Source of the DNA: Microbacterium sp.
GTDB taxonomy: Bacteria; Actinomycetota; Actinomycetes; Actinomycetales; Microbacteriaceae
Length of the DNA: 62,159 nt
NCBI GenBank assembly: GCA_047606715.1
Contig: JASGEE010000060.1
Location: 1 to 62,159, forward strand
Direction of reading: 5' to 3'
The notes beneath the pieces were generated by a model. The model saw only the letters and a list, made by a program, of their open reading frames with translations. It ran no database searches and was not told where the DNA came from. Shown here one piece after another: positions 51,168-62,159 of this stretch (position 1 is the stretch's first letter; each line of letters opens with the position of its first letter). The position numbers and the translations under genes were made by a program.

Positions 51168-51221
51168 CCGATCCACCCCGAAGATCCCGACCTGCGACCC
51201 GGATCGAAGGAGTCAGCCGCG
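51134..51221. repeat. REPIN-like inverted-repeat element, family B, overlapping the DUF559 3' end
   Basis: CGCGGCTAACTCCTCC/GAAGGAGTCAGCCGCG, 14/16 complementary. Confidence 0.85.
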
Positions 51222-51236
51222 CAGCGACCGGCGCAC

Positions 51237-52352
51237 TCAGCCGCCGAAGCCCTCGCCGATCAGCTCGATGAGCTCCTCACGCTCTTCGACCGACAGAAAC
51301 GCGGCGGCGGCGGCGTTGAGCTGGAACGCCTCCAGGTCTTCGAGCCGGTAGTCGAAGGTCTCGGCCAGCAGCGCGAGCTCGCGCGTGAGCGAGGTGCGGC
51401 TCATCGTGCGGTTGTCGACGTTGACCGTGACGGCGAAGCCCAACTGGTACAGCAGGTCGAAGGGGTGATCCTCCAGAGCGGTGCCCCAGCGCGAGATCGC
51501 GCCGGTCTGCAGGTTCGACGACGGCGACAGCTCGAGCGGGATCTCCCGGTCGCGCACCCACCGCGCGAGGTCTCCGAAGGTGACGAACACCTCGTCACCG
51601 CTCTGCTGCACGACCTCGAGGTCTTCCGCGAGACGCACCCCGTGGCCGAGGCGCAGCGCGCGCCCGTCGAGCAGTGCCGAGCGGATCGAGTCGAGCCCGG
51701 CCGCCTCGCCGGCATGGACGGTGACCGGAAAGAACTCGGATGCGAGATAGTCGAACGCGTCACGGTGATTCGATGGCAGGAAGCCCTCTTCGGGGCCGGC
51801 GATGTCGAAGCCGACGGCGCCACGCCCGCGAAACGCCACGGCCAGCCGCGCGATCTCCAGCGACCGGTCGGTGTGTCGCATGGCGGTGATCAGCTGGCCG
51901 ACGCGGATGTCGCGGCCCGAGCGGTCGACGGCGTCCTCGCCCTCCTCGATACCCTCCTGCACGGCCTCGACGGCCTCCTCCAGCGAGAGCCCTCGTGCCA
52001 GGTGCTGCTCGGGCGCCCAGCGCACCTCGCCGTAGATCACGCCGTCGGCGGCGAGGTCTTCGACGAACTCCTTCGCGACGCGGCGGAGGCCCTCGGCGGT
52101 CTGCATGACGGCGGTGGTCAGCTCGAAGGTCTTCAGGTACTCCACGAGCGACCCCGAGTCGCTCTGGCTCTCGAACCAGTCCGCGAGGTCGTCGGCATCC
52201 GTCGCCGGCACCTCCACGTCGACCGCCTCGGCGAGCTCGATGATCGTCTGCGGCCGCACCGCACCGTCGAGGTGGTCGTGCAGCGACACTTTGGGGAGCG
52301 ACCGGATCGAGACACCCTCGAGCTTCGCGTCGCCGTGCTGATCGATGGCCAT
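51237..52352 (-). CDS. add: Adenosine deaminase
   Basis: LPKVSLHDHLDG, TVHAGE, RLGHG, PSSN, NVDNR. Confidence 0.95.
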   Translation of the reverse strand: MAIDQHGDAKLEGVSIRSLPKVSLHDHLDGAVRPQTIIELAEAVDVEVPATDADDLADWFESQSDSGSLVEYLKTFELTTAVMQTAEGLRRVAKEFVEDLAADGVIYGEVRWAPEQHLARGLSLEEAVEAVQEGIEEGEDAVDRSGRDIRVGQLITAMRHTDRSLEIARLAVAFRGRGAVGFDIAGPEEGFLPSNHRDAFDYLASEFFPVTVHAGEAAGLDSIRSALLDGRALRLGHGVRLAEDLEVVQQSGDEVFVTFGDLARWVRDREIPLELSPSSNLQTGAISRWGTALEDHPFDLLYQLGFAVTVNVDNRTMSRTSLTRELALLAETFDYRLEDLEAFQLNAAAAAFLSVEEREELIELIGEGFGG

Positions 52353-52439
52353 TTCTTCCTCCGGCTGGGATGCGGTCCGCCGACGGACTCGGGGACCGGG
52401 TGGCGCGCGGGCCGGAACAAGCTTACGGTGCCCGAGGGA

Positions 52440-53732
52440 TCAGGCGGTGACGCGTTCTCGCACGAGGGGGGCGGATGCCGGTGCCTGCGCACCCACCTCC
52501 CATGCACCCTCGAGCGCCTCGAGCGCGCGCGGGAAGCGCGACGGGTCATCGCCCAGCAGAGTGAACACCGGCTGCCCCGCCGCGACCTCGTCGCCCGGTT
52601 TGACGTGCAGGTCGATGCCGGCGGCGTGGACGACGGGGTCTTGCGCACGAGCCCGCCCCGCGCCCAGCCGCCAGGCGGCCACCCCGAACGGCAGCGCGTC
52701 CATACGGGTGACGACGCCGCCGTCGGGCGCCGTCACGGTGTGCGTCTCGCGCGGGGTCGGCAGCGGCGCGTCAGGGTCGCCGCCCTGCGTCCGGATCATC
52801 GCGTGCCACGCATCCATCGCCCGTCCGTCCCGCAGCGCCGCCTCGACGTCGACATCGGGCCGGCCCGCCAGGGCGAGCATCTCGCGGGCGAGCGCGACGG
52901 TCAGCTCCACAATGTCGGCCGGCCCGCCCCCGGCGAGCACCTCGACCGACTCGCGCACCTCGTTGGCGTTGCCGATGGCACAGCCCAGCGGCGTGCTCAT
53001 GTCGGTGAGCACAGCCGTGGTCGCCACGCCGGAGTCGGTGCCGAGGGCGACCATCGTCTGGGCCAGCTCGCGCGCACGATCGAGGTCTTTCATGAACGCG
53101 CCGGACCCGAACTTCACGTCGAGCACGAGGGCGCCCGTGCCCTCCGCGATCTTCTTCGACATGATGCTGGAGGCGATCAGCGGAATCGCCTCCACGGTGC
53201 CGGTGACGTCGCGCAGCGCGTAGAGGCGCTTGTCGGCGGGCGCGAGGCCCGATCCGGCGGCACAGATGACGGCGCCGACGCCGCGCAGTTGCGCCGTCAT
53301 CTCGTCGTTCGACAGCGCCGCGCGCCAGCCGGGGATCGACTCCAGTTTGTCGAGCGTGCCGCCCGTGTGGCCGAGCCCCCGCCCCGACAGCTGCGGTACC
53401 GCGACGCCGAACGACGCCACCAACGGAGCCAACGGCAGCGTGATCTTGTCGCCCACGCCGCCCGTGGAGTGCTTGTCGACCGTCGGCTTGCCGAGCCCGG
53501 CGAAGCTCATCCGCTCCCCCGAGGCGATCATCGCATCGGTCATGACGCGGATCTCCTCGCGCGTCATCCCGTTGAGCAGCACCGCCATCGCGAACGCCGC
53601 CATCTGCGCGTCGGCGACGTATTCGCGCGTGTACGCGTCGACCATCCAGCGCAATGCCGGTTCCGGCACCGCCCCACCGTCGCGCTTGATGCGGATGACA
53701 TCGACCGCATCGAACGGCTCGATCGTGCTCAC
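52440..53732 (-). CDS. deoA: Thymidine/pyrimidine-nucleoside phosphorylase
   Basis: DKHSTGGVGDK, SGRGLGHTGGTLDKLE, SIMSKKIAEG, DVKFGSGAFM. Confidence 0.95.
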   Translation of the reverse strand: MSTIEPFDAVDVIRIKRDGGAVPEPALRWMVDAYTREYVADAQMAAFAMAVLLNGMTREEIRVMTDAMIASGERMSFAGLGKPTVDKHSTGGVGDKITLPLAPLVASFGVAVPQLSGRGLGHTGGTLDKLESIPGWRAALSNDEMTAQLRGVGAVICAAGSGLAPADKRLYALRDVTGTVEAIPLIASSIMSKKIAEGTGALVLDVKFGSGAFMKDLDRARELAQTMVALGTDSGVATTAVLTDMSTPLGCAIGNANEVRESVEVLAGGGPADIVELTVALAREMLALAGRPDVDVEAALRDGRAMDAWHAMIRTQGGDPDAPLPTPRETHTVTAPDGGVVTRMDALPFGVAAWRLGAGRARAQDPVVHAAGIDLHVKPGDEVAAGQPVFTLLGDDPSRFPRALEALEGAWEVGAQAPASAPLVRERVTA

Positions 53733-54130
53733 CGCGGCATCCCGTCCAGATCCCGCGGGCCGAAAGCATCGGGCAGCACTTCGTCGATGGTGCGGATGCC
53801 GGAGACGGTTTCCAGCAGCATCCCCGGGACGGCGAACTCGTACAGCAGCTGCCGGCAACGCCCGCACGGCATGATCGTCTCGCCCGCGCCGTTGACGCAG
53901 ACGAACGCGACGAGCCCTCCGCCGCCGGTGAGGTGCAGCTCGCCCACGAGAGCGCATTCGGCGCACAGTCCGACGCCGTACGAGGCGTTCTCCACGTTGC
54001 AGCCGGTCACGATCCGCCCGTCGGTGACGAGGGCCGCCGCCCCCACCGGGTAGCGGGAATACGGAGCGTAGGCGCAGCCCATCGCGTCGATCGCAGCCGC
54101 GCGCAGGGCGTCCCAGTCGATGTCTGTCAC
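53729..54130 (-). CDS. cdd: Cytidine deaminase
   Basis: AYAPYS, GCNVENASY, CAE, PCGRCRQ. Confidence 0.95.
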   Translation of the reverse strand: MTDIDWDALRAAAIDAMGCAYAPYSRYPVGAAALVTDGRIVTGCNVENASYGVGLCAECALVGELHLTGGGGLVAFVCVNGAGETIMPCGRCRQLLYEFAVPGMLLETVSGIRTIDEVLPDAFGPRDLDGMPR

Positions 54131-54131
54131 A

Positions 54132-55436
54132 TCATCCCTTGACATAGGGCTTGCCGGATGCCGCGGGCCCGCGGATCTGGCCGGCGAACCCGGCGACGGC
54201 GAGGATCGTCACGACATACGGGAGCATGAGCATGAACTCGCTCGGGATCGGCGTGCCGAGGATCGTGAGCAGGTTCTGCAGGTTGGTCGCGAACCCGAAC
54301 AGCAGCGCCGCGAGCGTCGCGCGAATCGGATCCCACCGGCCGAAGATGACGGCGGCGAGCGCGATGAAGCCGAGACCGGCGGTCATCTCCTTGCCGAACT
54401 GCGGCACCGAGACGAGGGTGAAGTACGCGCCGCCGATGCCGGCGATCGCGCCCGCGAGGGAGACGTTCCAGAACCGCGAGGTGTTCACCGCGATGCCGAC
54501 CGTGTCGGCGGCCTGCGGGTGCTCGCCGACCGCGCGCAGGCGCAGCCCCCACCGCGTGCGGTACAGCCCCCAGGCGACGAGGGCGACCGTGGCGAACATC
54601 AGGTACACGATGAAGGTCTGGTTGAACAGCACGGGGCCGATCACCGGGATCTCGCTGAGCCCCGGGATCTGCAGCCGCGTGAAGCGCACCGGCCGGTTCA
54701 GCTGCGCCTCGTGGGGCACCAGGAGCGCACCGTAGAGGAAGCCGGTGAGGCCGGTGACCAAGACGTTGAGCACGACGCCGACGATGACCTGGTCGACGAG
54801 GTATTTGATCGCGAACGCCGCGAGCACGAACGCGACGAGCACGCCGCCGATCATCGCACCGACCAGGCCGATGAACGGGTTGCCGCTGATGCTCGAGAGG
54901 ATCGCGGCCGAGAAAGCGCCGAACAGCAACTGCCCCTCGATCGCGACGTTCACGACGCCGACCCGTTCTCCGATGACGCCGCCCAGGGCGCCGAAGACGA
55001 GCGGGACCGACAGCGACACGGCGCCGAACAGCAGGCTCGCGACCGGGACGAGTCCGCCCGCGGACGCCCAGACGAGGAAGGCGAAGACCCCGAGCACACC
55101 GAAGACGATCGTCAGCCACAGCGGCTGACGGCGATACGACCACGCGATGGCGAAGGACCACGCCGTGAGTGCGACGAGCACCGCGAGCAACACCCAGCAC
55201 GCGGGCGCGGTCGGCAGAGCGATCTCGGGCAGAGCGAAAGACTGCGAGTCGTCACCGAGCCGGAAGGTCGAGACCCCGTCGCGCGGCGCGAGAAGGAACA
55301 GTGCGCCCAGCAGCACGACGACGACCGCGAGCACGATGGGGGGCTTGAGGTGGCGCTCTCTGACCACCGCGAACTGGACAGTGCCGTCGGCCTGTTCGCG
55401 GGCCGACGAGATCTCGCCGTGAACCTGCGCGCTCAT
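54132..55436 (-). CDS. Nucleoside ABC transporter permease
   Basis: ERVGVVNVAIEG, GLRLRAVGEHP.AA, G.GFIALAAVIFGRW. Confidence 0.9.
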   Translation of the reverse strand: MSAQVHGEISSAREQADGTVQFAVVRERHLKPPIVLAVVVVLLGALFLLAPRDGVSTFRLGDDSQSFALPEIALPTAPACWVLLAVLVALTAWSFAIAWSYRRQPLWLTIVFGVLGVFAFLVWASAGGLVPVASLLFGAVSLSVPLVFGALGGVIGERVGVVNVAIEGQLLFGAFSAAILSSISGNPFIGLVGAMIGGVLVAFVLAAFAIKYLVDQVIVGVVLNVLVTGLTGFLYGALLVPHEAQLNRPVRFTRLQIPGLSEIPVIGPVLFNQTFIVYLMFATVALVAWGLYRTRWGLRLRAVGEHPQAADTVGIAVNTSRFWNVSLAGAIAGIGGAYFTLVSVPQFGKEMTAGLGFIALAAVIFGRWDPIRATLAALLFGFATNLQNLLTILGTPIPSEFMLMLPYVVTILAVAGFAGQIRGPAASGKPYVKG

Positions 55437-56673
55437 GCGGCCACCGCTTTCTTTGCGGCCTTGGCGCGCACCCGCGCCGCCTTCTCCGCGTCGGTCTTGG
55501 GGAGGAAGAACACCGCGCGCAGCAGCGGCGGGGCCGCGATGAACAGAACGATGAGCGACTGGACGACCAGAACGATGTCGACCGGGATGCCCTGCGCCTG
55601 CATCGAGAACGATCCCGCCTTCAGTGCTCCGAAGAGGATGCCGGCGGCGAACGTCCCCCATGCGCGACTGCGCCCGAGCAGGGCGACGGTGATCGCGTCG
55701 AAGCCGATGCCCGCGTCGATGCTCGCGGTGAAGCCGGTCGTCACGGTGCCCTGGATCTGGTTCATCGCCGCCAGTCCCGCCAGCCCGCCGGCGAACAGCA
55801 TCGCGTAGATGTAGAGCCGCTCGACGCTGATGCCGGCCGCCCGCGCCGCGCGCGGGTTCTCGCCGACCGCGCGCAGCCGCAGGCCCAGGCTCGAGCGCTC
55901 GATGACCCACCACACGACGAGAGTGGCGGCGACCACGACCACGAATCCCCAGGTCAAACTCGAGAACTGCGCGCCCAGCAGGGCGGGGAATTGCGCGGTT
56001 GACGGCGTCGGGGCCGAGATCGGCTGGTTCGTGCCGGACTTCTGCAGCAGCCCCGGCGTGCGGATCATCCACAGCAGGAGGTAATAGGCGACGTAGTTGA
56101 GCATGATCGTGAGGATCACCTCGTGCGCGCCGGTCTTCGCCTTCAGCAGGCCCACGAACCCGCCCCACAGAGCACCGCCGACGATGCCGGCGATCAGCGT
56201 GATCGGCAGGTGCAGCCACAGCGGCAGATCGAGGTTGAACGAGAAGTAGGCCGCGACGATCGCGGCGAACAGCATCTGGCCGCGCGCGCCGATGTTGAAC
56301 AGGCCCGCGCGGAAGGCGAGGGCGACGCCGAGTCCGGCCGCGATCAGCGGCGCGGCGAACCCGAGCGAGTTGGTCAGCGGCTTGATCTGCGCCGCGAAGC
56401 CGTTCGCGCGGGGGTTGAACACGGCGCCGCGGAAGAGCGCTTCGTAGCCTCCCGCCACGGCGTTCCAGATCGCCGCGAGCGTGTCACCGGGACGGGCGAA
56501 GAAGTAGCCGGACGCCTCCTGCACGTCTTCGTCGGTCACCGCGATCAGCACGCCGCCGACGATCATCGCGAGCACGATCGCCAGCAGCGTCATCACGGTG
56601 CTGCCACGCAGCAGCTCACGCGTGAAGATGCCCGACCGGGTCAGGGGCGCATCTGCCGGTGACGTCGTCTCGC

Positions 56674-56677
<4 letters not shown>
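55433..56677 (-). CDS. Nucleoside ABC transporter permease
   Basis: FRAGLFNIGARGQ, HEVILTIMLNY, GFDAITVALLG. Confidence 0.9.
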
Positions 56678-58191
<1,514 letters not shown>

Positions 58192-58252
58192 ATGGGCACC
58201 CTATCCGTGCGTGCCGCGCCCCGGGAAAGAGCGCGGTCGGGTCGTCTCCGAC

Positions 58253-58292
58253 GCTCGGGGCGAGGCGCGGGCATCGCGCACTCGCCCCGAGC
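58253..58292 (-). terminator. Stem-loop between BMP and ATPase genes
   Basis: GCTCGGGGCGAG/CTCGCCCCGAGC perfect 12 bp plus inner pairing. Confidence 0.55.
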
Positions 58293-58306
58293 ATGATCTC
58301 AGCCGA

Positions 58307-59425
58307 TCACGGGGAGTTCGGCGACTCCACCGTGATGTCACCGGCGATGATGGCCTCCTGCAGCGCAGTCAGCTCGTCGAGCAGACCGTCGGGCAGCTGC
58401 GACTCGAAGTCGTGGAAGCTGGAGAGCTTCACACCCTCGTTCTCCAGCGTGCCGACGTAGGGCTCGACGTCGAACTCGCCCGCCGCGGCGGCGACCGTCG
58501 CGTCGTGAACGGCCACATCGATCGCCTTCATGATCGAGACCAGCGTGATGTCGGCGACCGAGTCATCGGCGACCGCGAGATCGGTGTCGACCCCGAGCAT
58601 CACGATGTCCTTGCCGCTGTCGGCGATGGCCGCCGCCGCGCTCTGGTAGATCGGTCCGCCGACGGGCAGGAGCACGTCCACGCCCTGGTCCAGAACCCCC
58701 TGCGCGGTCTGCTTGGCGGTGTCATTCGCGTCGAACGCGCCAGTGAACGAGCCCTCCTGCGCCTCCGTGTCCCAGCCGTAGACCTCGACCGCGGCGCCCT
58801 TGTCCTCGTTGTACTTCTCCACGCCGAGCTGGTAGCCGTCCATGAAGACCGCGACCGACGGGATCTGCATGCCGCCGAACGTGCCGACCTTGTTGACGCC
58901 CGTCTGCGCCGACCACGCCGCCGCGGCATAGCCGCCGAGGTACGCCGCCTGCGCGGTGTCGAAGACGAGCGGCTTGATGTTGGGGGCGTCGGTCGTGCCG
59001 TCGTAGTCGTTGTCGGCCCAGTCGTCGATGATCGCGAAGTTCACGTCGGGGTTCGCGTTGGCGGTGTCGACCGTGGCAGCCGACAGGTTGAAGCCGACGG
59101 AGATGATCAGGGTGCAGCCCTCGGCGACCGCCTGCTCCATGTTCGGGGCGTAGTCGTTCTCGCTGGTCGACTCGAACTCGAGCGGTTCGATGCCGAGCTC
59201 TGCGGCGGCCGCGTCGATGCCCTCCTTGGCCGACTGGTTGAACGACTTGTCGTTCCAGCCGCCCGCATCCGAGACGAGGCACGGCAGGAAGCCGTCAACG
59301 ACGTCTACGGCGCTCTCGGTCTCGGTGGTCGACGCCTCGGGGGCCGAACCGCAGCCGGAGAGAGCGAACAGGAGCGCCGCTGCCGTCGTGACGCCAGCGA
59401 GCTTCTTGGTGGTCGAAATGGTCAA
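58307..59425 (-). CDS. BMP family nucleoside-binding lipoprotein
   Basis: Lipobox LSGC, DKSFNQSA, GVDTD; TTG start with RBS GGAGG. Confidence 0.9.
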   Translation of the reverse strand: MTISTTKKLAGVTTAAALLFALSGCGSAPEASTTETESAVDVVDGFLPCLVSDAGGWNDKSFNQSAKEGIDAAAAELGIEPLEFESTSENDYAPNMEQAVAEGCTLIISVGFNLSAATVDTANANPDVNFAIIDDWADNDYDGTTDAPNIKPLVFDTAQAAYLGGYAAAAWSAQTGVNKVGTFGGMQIPSVAVFMDGYQLGVEKYNEDKGAAVEVYGWDTEAQEGSFTGAFDANDTAKQTAQGVLDQGVDVLLPVGGPIYQSAAAAIADSGKDIVMLGVDTDLAVADDSVADITLVSIMKAIDVAVHDATVAAAAGEFDVEPYVGTLENEGVKLSSFHDFESQLPDGLLDELTALQEAIIAGDITVESPNSP

Positions 59426-59569
59426 TGCTGCCTCCACATTGATAGACCCGCGGATTTCGCGGGCGCACGCATCGAAGCTACCGAGTGCGACAGGGCCGTT
59501 GCATCCCGGACGACGGGGAGCAACGCAATGGTTACAAAGACGCAACCAAGCGGCTACAGACCGGCCGGG

Positions 59570-60685
59570 TCAGAGCACGTCGCCGCGGCCGGTGAGCTTG
59601 AGGGCATCCACGACGCCCTTCACCCGCTGCGCGTGCTCGCTCGTGGTGACCAACAGCGCGTCGGGGGTGTCGACGACGACGATGTCGCGCACGCCGATGA
59701 GGCTGATCACGCGCTTGGTGTGGCTGACGACGATGCCGCTGGCGGCATCGGAGAGGATGCGGGCGTTCTCGCCGAGGATAGCGAGGTCGTTCTTGCGCCC
59801 GTGCGAGTTGAGCTTGGCGAGGCTCGCAAAATCTCCCACGTCATCCCAGTCGAAGTGCCCCGGCACGACCGCGAGGCGCCCCTTCGCCGCGGCCGGCTCG
59901 GCCACCGCGTAGTCGATCGCGATCTTCTCCAGCTTCGGCCATACCCGGTCGACGACCGGACCGCGCCGGTCGCGGTCGTCCCAGGCCTCGGCGAGCTCGA
60001 CGAGCCCCGCGTGCAGTGCGGGATTGTTCGCCTCGATCTCTGCCAGCAGCACGTCGGCGCGCGAGATGAACATGCCCGCGTTCCATAGGTAGTCACGCGA
60101 CTGCACGTACTCCCTCGCCGTGTCGAGGTCGGGCTTTTCGACGAAGCGTTCCACGAGCGCGGCCTCGGGCGCGCCGTCGACGGCGAGCATGTCGGCCTTC
60201 TTGATGTAGCCGAACCCGACCGACGGCTCGGTGGGGCTGATGCCGATCGTGCAGATGTGGCCCTCGCGCGCGACACGCACGGCCTGCTCGACGGCCCAGT
60301 GGAACACCGGCAGCACGCGGATGACATGATCGGCGGCGAACGAGCCGATGATCACGTCGGGCTCGCGCCGGTGCAGGACGGCGGCGGCCAGCCCGATCGC
60401 GGCCGTCGAGTCCCGCGGCTCCGACTCCAGGAACACGTTGTGGTCGGGGATGCCGGGCAGCTGCTCCTCGACCGCGGCGCGGTGCGCGCGACCGGTGACG
60501 ACCGAAATGCGGCCGGCGCCGGTGAGCGGTTCGAGGCGGTCCCACGTGTCACGCAGCAACGAGTGCCCCGACCCGGTCAGATCGTGCAGGAACTTCGGCG
60601 CATCGGCGCGCGAGAGCGGCCACAGCCTGCTGCCGACTCCGCCTGCGGGAATGACGGCGTAGAAGTCGTCGATGAGATGCGCCAT
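59570..60685 (-). CDS. manC: Mannose-1-phosphate guanylyltransferase
   Basis: PAGGVGSRLWPLSR..PKF, ADH, FVEKP, WNAGMF, IDYAVAE, WDDVG. Confidence 0.93.
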   Translation of the reverse strand: MAHLIDDFYAVIPAGGVGSRLWPLSRADAPKFLHDLTGSGHSLLRDTWDRLEPLTGAGRISVVTGRAHRAAVEEQLPGIPDHNVFLESEPRDSTAAIGLAAAVLHRREPDVIIGSFAADHVIRVLPVFHWAVEQAVRVAREGHICTIGISPTEPSVGFGYIKKADMLAVDGAPEAALVERFVEKPDLDTAREYVQSRDYLWNAGMFISRADVLLAEIEANNPALHAGLVELAEAWDDRDRRGPVVDRVWPKLEKIAIDYAVAEPAAAKGRLAVVPGHFDWDDVGDFASLAKLNSHGRKNDLAILGENARILSDAASGIVVSHTKRVISLIGVRDIVVVDTPDALLVTTSEHAQRVKGVVDALKLTGRGDVL

Positions 60686-60829
60686 GACTGACAGGGTATC
60701 CGCCGTCGCGGAACGAACCTCGGTTTCTGCCGGTATCTCGACATCGAGAGAAGTTAGGATCGCCTTCGTCGCCCCCGGCACCGGGCAAACCCTAGGATTG
60801 AGCCGTCGGATTCATCAAGGAGGACGACC

Positions 60830-61255
60830 GTGAGTGCTCCAGCACGCATCACACCGTCGGTGGCCGAGACCACGTCCAAGACCCCGCGCGGCACCCTGTA
60901 CCGCGGAAACGAGGGCATGTGGTCGTGGGTGCTGCATCGCATCACCGGTGTCGCCATCTTCTTCTTCCTCCTCGTGCACGTGCTCGACACGGCACTCATC
61001 CGCCTCGCCCCCGAGGCGTACGACGCGGTGATCGGCACCTACAAGAACCCGCTCATGGCGCTCGGCGAGGTCGCCCTGGTCGCCGCGATCGCCTATCACG
61101 CCTTCAACGGGCTGCGCATCATCGCGGTCGACCTGTGGCCGTGGGCGACGCGTCATCAGCGCCAGCTGTGGTGGGGCGTCCTGGGCGTCTGGGCGGTGAC
61201 GATGGCCGGCTTCGCGCCGCGCCATCTCATGCTCGCGTTCGGAGGGGACAACTGA
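60830..61255 (+). CDS. sdhC: Succinate dehydrogenase cytochrome b subunit
   Basis: WSWVLHRITG, HVLDT, HAFNGLRII. Confidence 0.93.
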   Translation: MSAPARITPSVAETTSKTPRGTLYRGNEGMWSWVLHRITGVAIFFFLLVHVLDTALIRLAPEAYDAVIGTYKNPLMALGEVALVAAIAYHAFNGLRIIAVDLWPWATRHQRQLWWGVLGVWAVTMAGFAPRHLMLAFGGDN

Positions 61256-61716
61256 TGACCGCTGACACGATCGCCGCACCCCGCTCGCCCCAGGAGTCGT
61301 CCTCGGTGCGCAAGAAGGGCGCCAACCTGGAGAAGCTCGGCTGGATCTACATGCGCATCTCCGGCGTACTGCTGGTGGTGCTGATCTTCGGTCACCTGTT
61401 CGTGAACCTCATGCTCGGCGAGGGCATCCACGGCATCGACTTCGCGTTCGTCGCCGGCAAGTACGCCACGCCGTTCTGGCAGTGGTGGGATGTCGCGATG
61501 CTGTGGCTCGCCCTCATCCACGGCGCCAACGGCATGCGCACGATCGTGGGCGACTACGTCGTCGGCCAGACGACCCGTCGCGTGCTCGTGTGGGCGCTGT
61601 GGATCGCCGCGGGCTTGCTCATCCTGCTCGGAACCCTCGTGGTGTTCACGTTCGACCCGTGCCTGGGCATCGAGAACTCCGAGACCGAGTGGCTCATCGA
61701 GCTGTGCTCGGCCTGA
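61255..61716 (+). CDS. sdhD: Succinate dehydrogenase membrane anchor subunit
   Basis: [24 protein letters not shown]. Confidence 0.92.
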   Translation: MTADTIAAPRSPQESSSVRKKGANLEKLGWIYMRISGVLLVVLIFGHLFVNLMLGEGIHGIDFAFVAGKYATPFWQWWDVAMLWLALIHGANGMRTIVGDYVVGQTTRRVLVWALWIAAGLLILLGTLVVFTFDPCLGIENSETEWLIELCSA

Positions 61717-61750
61717 TTCACACGACGAAGCAGAAGACAAGGCAGCACAA

Positions 61751-62159
61751 GTGAGCACCCAGACCGAAGACGTCGTCGTCAAAGACGGCGTGTACTACCA
61801 CGAGTTCGACATCGTCATCGTCGGCGCCGGCGGCGCCGGCATGCGCGCCGCGATCGAGGCCGGCCCCGGCGCGCGCACCGCCGTCATCACCAAGCTCTAC
61901 CCGACGCGCTCGCACACCGGCGCGGCGCAGGGCGGCATGGCCGCGGCCCTCGCCAACGTCGAAGAGGACAGCTGGGAGTGGCACACCTTCGACACCGTCA
62001 AGGGCGGCGACTACCTCGTCGACCAGGATGCCGCCGAGATCCTCGCGAAAGAGGCCATCGACGCCGTCATCGACCTGGAGAACATGGGGCTGCCGTTCAA
62101 CCGCACCCCCGAGGGCAAGATCGACCAGCGCCGCTTCGGCGGGGACTCCGCCGACCACG
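61751..62159 (+). CDS. sdhA: Succinate dehydrogenase flavoprotein subunit (5' part)
   Basis: [32 protein letters not shown]. Confidence 0.95.
   Translation, partial: MSTQTEDVVVKDGVYYHEFDIVIVGAGGAGMRAAIEAGPGARTAVITKLYPTRSHTGAAQGGMAAALANVEEDSWEWHTFDTVKGGDYLVDQDAAEILAKEAIDAVIDLENMGLPFNRTPEGKIDQRRFGGDSADH

Noticed and set aside
62130-62159. SdhA reads [10 protein letters not shown] rather than the usual actinobacterial RRFGGHT
   Set aside because: Lies at the extreme window/contig end in a variable segment; may be a sequencing error.

Overview
High-GC actinobacterial chromosome segment; gene content and order fit Microbacteriaceae, probably Microbacterium (inference). Left to right: a partial GT2 gene, whiB2 and manA; a ~21-kb cell-wall glycopolymer locus (two Wzy/WaaL-like proteins, double-domain and membrane-anchored TagF/TagB-type polyol-phosphate transferases, an IspD/TarI-SDR fusion, rmlA, rmlB, an rmlC-D fusion, GT2, pyruvyl transferase, Wzm/Wzt, a secreted SH3b protein, GT4, LCP); purK-purE, birA and acyl-CoA carboxylase genes; a response regulator/kinase/pseudo-kinase trio; maf, lpdA, punA and a phosphomutase; GNAT and MFS; a mannitol PTS operon; an FMO; an AbiEi/DUF559 nuclease; a nucleoside salvage/ABC operon; manC; and sdhCDA (partial). 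No rRNA, tRNA, CRISPR array or transposase was seen. The most notable signal is a set of fixed-length, REPIN-like intergenic inverted-repeat elements sharing a TAACTC...GAGTTA core. Family A (GCGCATAACTCAGGC arms) has 3 copies, 65-66 bp core-to-core. Family B (GYGGCTAACTCCTCC arms) has 3 copies, 75-76 bp core-to-core. Two family B copies bracket the DUF559 nuclease gene, an arrangement reminiscent of RAYT/REPIN systems but with an unrelated nuclease. Also seen: a candidate structured sRNA, a deleted PTS EIIB remnant, and apparent enrichment of GGATGCC/GGCATCC. Coordinates were read by eye and no database searches were run.
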